Positions 1 through 7,521 of a stretch of 33,691 nt of DNA are shown here, one piece after another (the first letter of the stretch is position 1; each line of letters starts with the position of its first letter). The notes beneath the pieces are model-generated. The model worked only from the letters and a program-made list of their open reading frames with translations, had not been told where the DNA came from and searched no databases. This DNA is from Rickettsiales bacterium (GTDB lineage Bacteria; Pseudomonadota; Alphaproteobacteria; Rs-D84): contig JAIRZE010000096.1 of the NCBI GenBank assembly GCA_031267375.1, forward strand, positions 1 through 33,691, in the 5' to 3' direction. The position numbers and the translations under genes were made by a program.

Positions 1-422
1 AGGCATTGGCGCTGGCTATTGATTCGGATATGGACCTGGTGGAAATCAACGCCGCCAGTATGCCGCCTATTGTAAAAATTATGGATTATGGCAAGTTCAA
101 ATACGATCAGAAAAAGAAAGCATCCGACGCCAAGAAAAATCAAAAGGCGAACGAGTTGCGCGAAGTGTGGATAAAGCCGTTCATAGAAGAGAACGACCTG
201 AACATCAAAATGAAAAAGGTGTTTGAGTTTTTGGGCGACGGGGACAAGGTAAAGATTTCCGTAATGACCAAGGGCAGTAAGAAAGTACTTGCGCGCGGGA
301 AAGACGCTGTGCCGAATCTTTTCGCGCATATCATAGAATTGATAGGGACCAAGGGAACATTGGACAGCAAGTCCAAACCGGATGAGCGGACAAAGAGCAT
401 AATCGTCGCGCCTGCGAAATAA
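1..422 (+). CDS. infC: translation initiation factor IF-3 (5' truncated by window)
   Basis: DLVEI..PPIVKIMDYGKFKYDQKKKA and FL..GDKVKIS motifs of IF-3; frame open to window edge. Confidence 0.95.
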   Translation, partial: ALALAIDSDMDLVEINAASMPPIVKIMDYGKFKYDQKKKASDAKKNQKANELREVWIKPFIEENDLNIKMKKVFEFLGDGDKVKISVMTKGSKKVLARGKDAVPNLFAHIIELIGTKGTLDSKSKPDERTKSIIVAPAK

Positions 423-424
423 AC

Positions 425-447
425 AATCCGCCCAAAGGCGGATTTTT
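425..447 (+). terminator. intrinsic terminator after infC
   Basis: AATCCGCC-CAAA-GGCGGATT followed by T-tract. Confidence 0.8.
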
Positions 448-477
448 AGTGAATAGTGAAAAAGTGAATAGTTAGTG
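447..477. repeat. degenerate TAGTGAA heptamer array
   Basis: TAGTGAA TAGTGAA AAAGTGAA TAGTTAG. Confidence 0.65.
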
Positions 478-489
478 GCTATTTTTTTA

Positions 490-517
490 TTGCACGATGC
501 GAAATCTTTGGTATAAT
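490..517 (+). promoter_or_regulatory. sigma70-type promoter of tRNA-Val
   Basis: TTGCAC-16bp-TATAAT with extended TG, 11 nt before the tRNA. Confidence 0.75.
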
Positions 518-528
518 CTGCCGCGCTT

Positions 529-605
529 GGGTGTGTAGCTCAGTTGGTTAGAGCGTTACGTTGACATCGTAAAGGTCGTCGGTTCGAGTCCAATCACACC
601 CACCA
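529..605 (+). tRNA. tRNA-Val(GAC)
   Basis: GGGTGTG/CACACCC acceptor stem, TTACG-TTGACAT-CGTAA anticodon arm, GGTTCGAGTCC T-loop, encoded CCA. Confidence 0.95.
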
Positions 606-638
606 AAAGATACGAAATATATCAACAAACGGTGTTGT

Positions 639-678
639 TGTCATTCCCGCGGACCCAGCGGGGTCATCGGCGGGAACC
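639..678. repeat. REP-like palindrome TGTCATTCCCGC...GCGGGAACC with internal hairpin
   Basis: Same ends as TGTCATTCCGGCGCAGGCCGGAACC at 15460-15484; inner GACCC/GGGTC stem. Confidence 0.65.
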
Positions 679-750
679 AATCACACCCACCACCCTTCGC
701 CCTGCGGGGCTTCCAACTTCGCCAAGGCTTCGTTGGACAAGTCGGGTGGC
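677..750. repeat. copy of tRNA 3' end plus nested CTTCGCC(AA)GGCTT palindromic repeats
   Basis: 677-692 identical to 590-605; outer CCACCC..GGGTGG stem encloses CCAACTTCGCCAAGGCTTCGTTGG; similar unit follows tRNA-Thr. Confidence 0.65.
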
Positions 751-779
751 AGGCCGCTATCAAAATTTTGGTATAACAA

Positions 780-806
780 ATGAAAATAAATTCTATGATG
801 CTTTGA
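780..806 (+). CDS. putative metG leader peptide MKINSMML
   Basis: 8-codon ORF with tandem ATG ATG, directly before overlapping hairpins upstream of metG. Confidence 0.55.
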   Translation: MKINSMML

Positions 807-815
807 TATGAACCT

Positions 816-860
816 GCGACAATAATCAACTATTGCCGCGTCTTTGCGCGGTTTTATTTT
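816..860 (+). promoter_or_regulatory. putative attenuator (antiterminator/terminator) of metG
   Basis: GCGACAATA(816-824) pairs with TATTGCCGC(831-839); GCCGCGT-CTTT-GCGCGGT plus TTTATTTT terminator overlaps it. Confidence 0.6.
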
Positions 861-876
861 ATAAAAAGGCTTTTAT

Positions 877-2559
877 ATGAAAAAAAAATATTTAATCACC
901 AGCGCGCTGCCTTATGTGAACGGCAATCTACACCTGGGGCATATGGTGGGCTGTCTTATTCCGTCCGATGTATACGCCAGATTCTGCCGCGCTATGGGGC
1001 GTGATGTCCTGTATGTGTGCGGAAGCGACGATCACGGAACGCCCGCAATGATAGCCGCCCAGAAAGCCGGCAAATCAGTAGAGCAATACACTGCGGAATG
1101 CTTTGCCGCGCAAAAAGAACAAACCGAAAAACTGTTTTTGTCTTTGGACGGCGGGTATGGGCGAACTCACACAGATTTGCAGACAAAGCTGGTGCATAAC
1201 TTATTCAGCCGTCTGGACGAAAACGGATACATAGAAGAAAAAGCAACCGTCCAGCCGTACGACGCGCAAGGACAGGCTTTTTTGTCCGACCGCCAGATAG
1301 AAGGAACTTGTCCGAAATGCGGTTATGAAAAAGCACGCGGCGACCAATGCGGAAAATGCGATTCTCTGCTGGACCCGTCGGATTTGATAAAGCCGTATGT
1401 GGCTGACAGCGGCAGCAAAGACATAGAATGGCGCGAAACCAAGAACTTGTTTTACCGCAATGATAAAACTATGTCCGCGGTTGCCGATTGGTTTGCTGAT
1501 AACCACGGTATGTGGTCCGCGGCGGCTGTTTCTAATACAAAAAAATATTTGTCGGAAGACATACCGAATCCGTCGGTCACGCGCGATTTGTCCTGGGGGA
1601 TTCCGGTTAACAAGCCCGGCTATGAAAACAAAGTGTTTTATGTATGGTTTGACGCGCCCTGGGGCTATGTTTCAATCTCGCAGGCTGCGAACAAGGAATG
1701 GGCGGATTGGTGGCACGGCGGCGAAAATTGCCATTACGCGCAGTTTATGGGAAAAGATAATACAAAGTTTCACTCTATATTTTTTCCGGGTCAAGAATTG
1801 GCTTTGAACGAGAATTGGAAAAAAGTAGACCAGCTGAAAGTTATGAACTTTTTGAATTTTGAAGGCGGAAAAGTATCAAAGTCGCTGCGCAACGGAATTT
1901 TCGCAAACGAGGCTTTAAGTGAAGCTCCGGCGGATTGCTGGCGCTATGCGTTTATGGCATCAGCGCCGGAAACAGACGACACGGACTTTACTATTCAGCG
2001 TTTCGCCGATATCGTGAACAAAGACTTGAACGGAATACTTGGGAACTTTGTTTCCCGCGTCTGCAAAATTACGGAAAAGAATTTCGGGACCAATGTGCCG
2101 AAACAATTAGCAATCAGCAATGGGCAATTAGCAATTGATGAAAATGAGCTGAATCAGAAATTATCAGAATTGACGGCCGCATTGGATGCCTGCGAATTCC
2201 GCGCGGCGGTTTCCGCATTGCGCGGGCTCTGGTCCGCAGGGAATGAATACTTTGCGAAACTGGAACCTTGGACATTGGTAAAGAACGGCGATTTGGACGC
2301 CGCTGGCGCGGTATTGAACGAATGCTTTCAGCTGATAGACTTTTACGCGCGCGTGTCCGCTCCGTTTATTCCGGCGGCCGCTGAAAAAATGCGAAGCATT
2401 TTTTCAATTAGCGATGAGCAATTAGCAATTAGCAATTGGCCGTCATCATACGAACGCCGGATTGCAGACGGGACGCAGTTTGCCGTGCCGGAAAATTTAT
2501 TCGCGCGCATAGACTCTGACAAAGTCGCGGAAATGACAGCCAAATATGTTAAAAAATAA
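877..2559 (+). CDS. metG: methionine--tRNA ligase (no C-terminal dimerization domain)
   Basis: TSALPYVNGNLHLGH, CPKC..CGKC Zn knuckle, YVWFDA, GKDN..FH, KVSKS. Confidence 0.97.
   Translation: MKKKYLITSALPYVNGNLHLGHMVGCLIPSDVYARFCRAMGRDVLYVCGSDDHGTPAMIAAQKAGKSVEQYTAECFAAQKEQTEKLFLSLDGGYGRTHTDLQTKLVHNLFSRLDENGYIEEKATVQPYDAQGQAFLSDRQIEGTCPKCGYEKARGDQCGKCDSLLDPSDLIKPYVADSGSKDIEWRETKNLFYRNDKTMSAVADWFADNHGMWSAAAVSNTKKYLSEDIPNPSVTRDLSWGIPVNKPGYENKVFYVWFDAPWGYVSISQAANKEWADWWHGGENCHYAQFMGKDNTKFHSIFFPGQELALNENWKKVDQLKVMNFLNFEGGKVSKSLRNGIFANEALSEAPADCWRYAFMASAPETDDTDFTIQRFADIVNKDLNGILGNFVSRVCKITEKNFGTNVPKQLAISNGQLAIDENELNQKLSELTAALDACEFRAAVSALRGLWSAGNEYFAKLEPWTLVKNGDLDAAGAVLNECFQLIDFYARVSAPFIPAAAEKMRSIFSISDEQLAISNWPSSYERRIADGTQFAVPENLFARIDSDKVAEMTAKYVKK
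2104..2138. repeat. CAATTAG-family heptamer array in frame in metG (QLAISNGQLAI)
   Basis: CAATTAG CAATCAG CAATGGG CAATTAG CAATTGA. Confidence 0.9.
2405..2439. repeat. CAATTAG-family array in frame in metG (ISDEQLAISNW)
   Basis: CAATTAG CGATGAG CAATTAG CAATTAG CAATTGG. Confidence 0.9.
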
Positions 2560-3094
2560 CCGCCGCATTGTCTTGATGTCTTGCTGCGCGCCGTGCAGCG
2601 CCGGCGCTATTTTGCAAATGAAAAATTCCGGCAATGATTTTTGCGTGCTGTTTTACAACCCGAATATCTTTCCAGAATCGGAATATAACAAGCGTCTGGC
2701 AGAGCAAATAAAACTGTGCGAAGCACACGGGGTAAAATATGCGGTCGGCGATTATAATCACGAGAGTTGGCTGGCCTGCGTCGGGGCAGGGCGCGAGAAC
2801 GAGCCAGAGCGGGGCAAGCGGTGCAGCGAATGCTTTCGGCACCGATTCGCATACGGGATAAAATGGGCGCGCGATAATGGCTATGACGCGATCGCAAGCG
2901 TTTTCGGCGTTTCGCGCTGGAAAAATCAACTTCAAGTTGATTTTTCCGCACAATTAGCAATTAGCAATGAGCAATTATCAATTATTTACCTGTCGGTTGA
3001 ATGGGATGAATCTTTGCGAATCGCCGAAAATAAAAGGCATAATTTTTACCGCCAGAATTATTGCGGTTGCGAATATTCAATCCGCAAAGTATAA
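2546..3094 (+). CDS. queH: epoxyqueuosine reductase QueH (DUF208)
   Basis: CCAPCS, FYNPNI, E.GKRC..CF..R, YRQNYCGC.YS motifs. Confidence 0.92.
   Translation: MLKNNRRIVLMSCCAPCSAGAILQMKNSGNDFCVLFYNPNIFPESEYNKRLAEQIKLCEAHGVKYAVGDYNHESWLACVGAGRENEPERGKRCSECFRHRFAYGIKWARDNGYDAIASVFGVSRWKNQLQVDFSAQLAISNEQLSIIYLSVEWDESLRIAENKRHNFYRQNYCGCEYSIRKV
2951..2985. repeat. CAATTAG-family array in frame in queH (QLAISNEQLSI)
   Basis: CAATTAG CAATTAG CAATGAG CAATTAT CAATTAT. Confidence 0.9.
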
Positions 3095-3114
3095 TCCCCG
3101 CAAAGGAGTTTTAT

Positions 3115-4008
3115 ATGTCATCAATTTTGGTTTTCCCGGGCCAAGGCAGCCAGTTCGTCGGTATGGGAAAAGAACTTTATGATAATTATCCCGCTGCACG
3201 CGAAGTCTTTGACGCGGTGGATGATGCCCTGGGGCAAAAACTTTCAGAGATTATTTTCAACGGCCCTATGGATGAACTGACGCTGACCGCGAATGTCCAG
3301 CCGGCTATCTTCGCCGTATCCTTGGCTATGCTGAAAGCGTCCGGCGCAGCATTGCCGGAATTTGTCGCCGGGCATTCATTGGGCGAATACAGCGCGCTTT
3401 GCGCCGCCGGCGCGCTTGGGGTGGCGGACACCGCGAAATTGCTGCGCCTGCGCGGGAATGCTATGCAGGAAGCGGTGCCGGTGGGCCTGGGGCTGACCGC
3501 AGTAATAATCAGCAATGAGCAATTAGCAATTAGCAATTTGTGCGCTAGGGCCGAATCGGAAACAGGTGAAATAGTTGATGTCGCAAATGACAATTCCCCC
3601 GGTCAGGTTGTAATTTCAGGGGCCAAGGCCGCGGTGGAACGCGCTATGGAACTTGCGAAAGAGCAGGGCGCAAAACGCGCTATGCCGCTGCAACTCTCGG
3701 CGCCGGTGCATTGCCGATTGCAGGAACCGACCGCTTCAATTCTTCGCGCGGCAATTGCCGGGACAGAATTCCGCGCGCCGGCCGCGACATTTATTTCAAA
3801 CCGCACTGCGGCGCCGATGACGGATGTTTCAGAGATAAAAGAATCGCTTGTCTATCAGATAACGCACGGTGTGCGCTGGCGCGAAACCATACTGTCGCTG
3901 CCAGGACTTGGGATAACAGAAACCGTGGAAGTTGGTCCAGGGAATGTTTTAACGGGCCTGACCACGCGAATCGTTCCGGAATTAACAGCAAGAAAATTGG
4001 AGATATAA
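3115..4008 (+). CDS. fabD: malonyl-CoA:ACP transacylase
   Basis: FPGQGSQ, GHSLGEY, ANDNSPGQVVISG, EVGPG; start moved to ATG 3115 after AAGGAG. Confidence 0.96.
   Translation: MSSILVFPGQGSQFVGMGKELYDNYPAAREVFDAVDDALGQKLSEIIFNGPMDELTLTANVQPAIFAVSLAMLKASGAALPEFVAGHSLGEYSALCAAGALGVADTAKLLRLRGNAMQEAVPVGLGLTAVIISNEQLAISNLCARAESETGEIVDVANDNSPGQVVISGAKAAVERAMELAKEQGAKRAMPLQLSAPVHCRLQEPTASILRAAIAGTEFRAPAATFISNRTAAPMTDVSEIKESLVYQITHGVRWRETILSLPGLGITETVEVGPGNVLTGLTTRIVPELTARKLEI
3506..3540. repeat. CAATTAG-family array in frame in fabD (ISNEQLAISNL)
   Basis: TAATCAG CAATGAG CAATTAG CAATTAG CAATTTG. Confidence 0.9.
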
Positions 4009-4009
4009 A

Positions 4010-4744
4010 ATGTTTTCATTAAAAGACAAAGTAGCATTGATAACAGGGGCTACCGGCGGAATCGGCGAAGGCATAGCCGCGGCATTCGCGGCGGCCGGCG
4101 CAACCGTCGTCATCACTGGGCGAAACGAGGAAAAGTTGAAAGGACAAATGGACAAATGGACAAATGGACATTATGTCGTTTCAGACTTATCACAACCTGG
4201 CGCTGCGGACGCCCTTGTCAAAGAGACAATTGAAAAAGCCGGCAAAATTGACATTCTGGTAAACAATGCCGGGATTACGAAAGACATTTTGCTGATGCGA
4301 ATGACGGACGAGCAGTTTGACGATGTCATCAATACGAACCTGCGCGCGACTTTTCAGCTGTGCCGCGCGGCGATTATGCCGATGATGAAGAACCGATTCG
4401 GCCGGATTATAAATATGTCGTCAATAATCGGCGCAATCGGCGGAGCGGGCCAGGCGAACTATGCCGCGTCCAAGGGCGGAATAATAGCAATGACAAAAAG
4501 CATAGCGGCCGAAGTCGCCAGCCGCGGAATTACAGCGAATGCGATCGCGCCGGGCTTTATCAAAACGCCTATGACGGATGTTCTGCCGGACGAATTAAAG
4601 GACGCGTATTTGAAGCAGATACCGGCGGGCCGATTCGGAGAACCCGCGGACATAGCGAACGCCTGTGTATTCTTGGCAAGCGCAGAGGCCGGATATATAA
4701 ACGGCCAAACTTTGCATATCAACGGCGGAATGGGACGGTTTTAA
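4010..4744 (+). CDS. fabG: 3-oxoacyl-ACP reductase
   Basis: TGATGGIG, NNAGIT, NYAASKGG, APGFI; follows fabD. Confidence 0.96.
   Translation: MFSLKDKVALITGATGGIGEGIAAAFAAAGATVVITGRNEEKLKGQMDKWTNGHYVVSDLSQPGAADALVKETIEKAGKIDILVNNAGITKDILLMRMTDEQFDDVINTNLRATFQLCRAAIMPMMKNRFGRIINMSSIIGAIGGAGQANYAASKGGIIAMTKSIAAEVASRGITANAIAPGFIKTPMTDVLPDELKDAYLKQIPAGRFGEPADIANACVFLASAEAGYINGQTLHINGGMGRF
4142..4170. repeat. GGACAAAT octamer array in frame in fabG (GQMDKWTNGH)
   Basis: GGACAAAT x3 plus GGACA. Confidence 0.9.
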
Positions 4745-4745
4745 T

Positions 4746-4849
4746 AAATGAAAAGTGAAAAATGAAAAATAAATCCGGCGTTGCCGGATTTTTTAATTTC
4801 GCAAAATTGCGCCAGCAATTTTGTATTTCTCACTTTTCATTTTTCATTT
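4746..4849. repeat. inverted AAATGAA/TTTTCAT heptamer arms enclosing two hairpins
   Basis: Arms at 4746-4770 and 4826-4849; right arm contains the mnmG stop codon. Confidence 0.8.
4771..4794. terminator. terminator between convergent fabG and mnmG
   Basis: AAATCCGGC-GTT-GCCGGATTT plus T-tract. Confidence 0.8.
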
Positions 4850-6613
4850 CTTTACCGCCCGCAGCACCGCGATTATTCCCGCCGGCGTCATTCCCTGAAT
4901 TCTTGACAATGCCGCGATATTTTCCGGCCGCGCGCGGCTGAGTTTTTCTTTCAATTCATTCGTCAGGCCCGAAAGCAAAGAATAGTCAAACGCACCCGGA
5001 ATTTTTATATTTTTATCATTGTTATAGCGTGCGATCTCTCGGCTCTGGCGGGCGATGTATCCGGCATATATTTTGTCGTTATTTGTGATTTCAGATTTAT
5101 GATTTGCGAATTGCCTTTCGCATTCTTCCGCTGAAATCAATCTGGCCGCGACCGCCATTTCGCCCAGTCGGGCGATAGCATTATCGGCGCGCAGCTGCAA
5201 TCTGTATTCCGCGCGCGATGTGAACATACGATAGGGCTCGTCAATGCCCAGCGTCGTTATATCGTCAATCATCACGCCGATCATAGAGTTTGTGCGGTCA
5301 AGATTCAGGGCAAGACTGCCTTTTGACTTTTGACTTTTGCCCTCTGCGGCGCAAGCCGCGGCATTCGCCCCCGCGACCAGGCCCTGGGCGGCGGCTTCTT
5401 CATACCCGCTGGTGCCGTTTATTTGGCCGGCAAAGAACAATCCCGGAATATCTTTGCTTTCCAGATTTGCTTTCAAAGCGCGCGCGTCAATCGCGTCGTA
5501 TTCTATCGCATATCCATAGCGGGCAACGCGGCAATTTTCCAATCCCGGAATAGTGCGCAGAAATTTGTCCTGAACCAATTCGCCGAACGAAGTGGATAAT
5601 CCGTTGGGATAAATTAAATCAGAATCCAGACCTTCGGGTTCCAGGAAAATATGATGCGACTTGTGCTCTGGAAAACGCATAACCTTGTCTTCCAGGGACG
5701 GGCAATAGCGCGGGCCTATGCCCTGAATTGTTCCGTTGTACATCGGCGCGTCCGCAATATTGCCCTGTATTATTTGATGAGTCTCTTCCGTCGTATGCGT
5801 GATGAAACAGGAAATGGGCAAATGGTCAGATGGACAAATGGACATTTCGCTTTGTTCCTGCCCGTCTGTCCTTTTGCCCATTTGTCCTTCACTAAACCAA
5901 TTATGATTTTCTTCCGACGGCTGCGGCTCGCACACATTAAAATCTATACTGTCGGCATACAGACGCGCAGGCGTTCCGGTCTTTAAGCGCAGAATAGCAA
6001 AACCGGCTTTTCGCAATATTTCTGAAATATTTGCATCAGGCTCTTGATATGTCCCGTCGTCTTGCAAGCGCCCTGTTGGAATGCGCCGGGCCCCGCGCGT
6101 GGCGACACCGCGCAGAAAAGTCCCGGTTGTCAGCACCAATGCCTTTGCCCGGTATTTGTTATTTATGATTTTATTTTCCAGATCCAGCGATTGAACAGAC
6201 TCATAGATAATGGACAAAAGGTCAGATGGACAAAAGGACATTTTGTTTTGTTCCTGTCCTTTTGTCCTTTTGTCCTTTTGTCCTTTTAATAGCTCTTTTA
6301 CCACTTCCCGGTAAAGATTACGGTCTATCTGGGCCCGCAGAGCCTGTGTGGCGGCGCCGTGCGTGGAATTCAGCAGCCGCCAGTGAATGCCGGCGCGATC
6401 TGCGGCGCGCGGCATAATCCCGCCCAGCGCGGCCATTTCTGCAATCATTTGGGACTTTCCCGGCCCGCCCAGGGACGGATTGCAGGACATAGCGCCCAGA
6501 TCGCTTTCGGACTTTGTAAGCAGCAGGGTCTTTGCGCCAATGCGCGCGGCGGCAGCGGCGGCTTCAACGCCTGCGTGTCCGCCGCCGATAATAATGACAT
6601 CAAATTCATTCAT
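4844..6613 (-). CDS. mnmG: tRNA uridine 5-carboxymethylaminomethyl modification enzyme MnmG/GidA
   Basis: GGGHAG, MSCNPS.GG, RLKTGTP, GPRYCPSLEDK, GQINGTSGYEEAAAQG, EPYRMFTSRAEYRL. Confidence 0.97.
   Translation of the reverse strand: MNEFDVIIIGGGHAGVEAAAAAARIGAKTLLLTKSESDLGAMSCNPSLGGPGKSQMIAEMAALGGIMPRAADRAGIHWRLLNSTHGAATQALRAQIDRNLYREVVKELLKGQKDKRTKGQEQNKMSFCPSDLLSIIYESVQSLDLENKIINNKYRAKALVLTTGTFLRGVATRGARRIPTGRLQDDGTYQEPDANISEILRKAGFAILRLKTGTPARLYADSIDFNVCEPQPSEENHNWFSEGQMGKRTDGQEQSEMSICPSDHLPISCFITHTTEETHQIIQGNIADAPMYNGTIQGIGPRYCPSLEDKVMRFPEHKSHHIFLEPEGLDSDLIYPNGLSTSFGELVQDKFLRTIPGLENCRVARYGYAIEYDAIDARALKANLESKDIPGLFFAGQINGTSGYEEAAAQGLVAGANAAACAAEGKSQKSKGSLALNLDRTNSMIGVMIDDITTLGIDEPYRMFTSRAEYRLQLRADNAIARLGEMAVAARLISAEECERQFANHKSEITNNDKIYAGYIARQSREIARYNNDKNIKIPGAFDYSLLSGLTNELKEKLSRARPENIAALSRIQGMTPAGIIAVLRAVKK
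5081..5108. repeat. ATTTNNG heptamer array in frame in mnmG (ANHKSEITN)
   Basis: ATTTGTG ATTTCAG ATTTATG ATTTGCG. Confidence 0.7.
5320..5347. repeat. CTTTTGA heptamer array in frame in mnmG (AEGKSQKSK)
   Basis: CTTTTGA CTTTTGA CTTTTGC CCTCTGC. Confidence 0.8.
5812..5889. mobile_element. ~78 bp palindromic octamer-armed element, copy A, in frame in mnmG
   Basis: GGACAAAT-type left arm, spacer TTTCGCTTTGTTCC, inverted right arm; encodes GQMGKRTDGQEQSEMSICPSDHLPI. Confidence 0.75.
6210..6287. mobile_element. ~78 bp palindromic octamer-armed element, copy B, in frame in mnmG
   Basis: GGACAAAA-type left arm, spacer TTTTGTTTTGTTCC, inverted right arm; encodes KGQKDKRTKGQEQNKMSFCPSDLLSI. Confidence 0.75.
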
Positions 6614-6676
6614 AAGCGGAATGATATAATAAAAAAACTGGAAATAAAGAAAAACTTGTGATAGATTTGCGGACAG

Positions 6677-6752
6677 GCCGGTTTAGCTCAGCTGGTAGAG
6701 CATCTCATTCGTAATGAGGGGGTCGTAGGTTCAAGTCCTATAACCGGCACCA
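6677..6752 (+). tRNA. tRNA-Thr(CGT)
   Basis: GCCGGTT/AACCGGC acceptor stem, TTCGTAA anticodon loop, GGTTCAAGTCC, encoded CCA. Confidence 0.95.
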
Positions 6753-6787
6753 CCTTTCCGCCAAGGCTTCGGGTGGCGCGCCAACAG

Positions 6788-6828
6788 AAAAAATCAAGCG
6801 TCCATACTCGGACGCTTGAACTTTTTTT
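6788..6828. terminator. bidirectional intrinsic terminator
   Basis: TCAAGCGTCC-ATACTC-GGACGCTTGA flanked by A- and T-tracts between convergent genes. Confidence 0.85.
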
Positions 6829-6841
6829 AACCGGGATTTAT

Positions 6842-7351
6842 TTATTTCCCCTCGTGATGCGCTTCTTCCAGGCAGCGGATTTTATCGTGCAGCCATTTGT
6901 CCCAATGCATTATGTCAACCGCGTCCCACTTCGTAAACTCAAAGCGCGCAGTCCAGCGGAATTTCATTTTCATCCATTGCTTGGACAGGCATTCCTGCAT
7001 ACATTTGCCCTCTGCATATTCCATTCCCGCCGCCTGAATAAACGCATAGTTCAGCGATTTCAGCTTTTCTATGTCCATTTCCAGCTTTGGTATGAAATTC
7101 TTGAAGTGGCTTTTCAAATCGGCGAAAGAATATCCGCCCTTTGGCGCCGATTTCTTTACTTCCATTCCATAATCCAGCGCAAAGTTCGCTATGCAAATTC
7201 CGTGCTTGAAAAACAATTTCGCGTGATGCCGGTGCAGGCGCTTTAATCCGTTCAGATTGGTTTTGTGCGCGGCGATCATAGCCTCTTCGTGCAGCAGAGC
7301 CTGATTGTCCGCCACATCTTTGAATCCTTGCAGGATTTTCCCCAGTTCCAT
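6842..7351 (-). CDS. hypothetical His-rich all-helical protein, possibly ferritin-like
   Basis: AAAGGAG RBS, own terminator, plausible composition; fold is only a guess. Confidence 0.75.
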   Translation of the reverse strand: MELGKILQGFKDVADNQALLHEEAMIAAHKTNLNGLKRLHRHHAKLFFKHGICIANFALDYGMEVKKSAPKGGYSFADLKSHFKNFIPKLEMDIEKLKSLNYAFIQAAGMEYAEGKCMQECLSKQWMKMKFRWTARFEFTKWDAVDIMHWDKWLHDKIRCLEEAHHEGK

Positions 7352-7447
7352 TTTTTTCTCCTTTGTTGTTGGCGCACTGATTATGCCTTGGATGCCGCCG
7401 CCGCATCAATGCGGAGCAATTCCTATGCGCCTGCGTTGAAAAAACTG

Positions 7448-7475
7448 TTGAAATCGCAAACAAATGTGTTAAAAT
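7448..7475 (+). promoter_or_regulatory. sigma70-type promoter of ileS leader
   Basis: TTGAAA-16bp-TAAAAT with TGn extension; predicted start lies at the leader ATG. Confidence 0.65.
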
Positions 7476-7482
7476 CAAAGCT

Positions 7483-7515
7483 ATGAATAACAAAAGCATA
7501 ATCATTATAGAATAA
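7483..7515 (+). CDS. putative ileS leader peptide MNNKSIIIIE
   Basis: 10-codon ORF with four consecutive Ile codons ATA ATC ATT ATA upstream of ileS. Confidence 0.75.
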   Translation: MNNKSIIIIE

Positions 7516-7521
7516 ACAGCA

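Noticed and set aside
529-605. tRNA-Val as pseudogene because of a C-A mismatch in the T-stem
   Set aside because: All other arms, the CCA end and a strong promoter are intact.
5812-6287. Introns or inteins explaining the extra peptides
   Set aside because: Too short, with no intein Cys/His-Asn termini or group I/II intron cores; reading frames are open through them.
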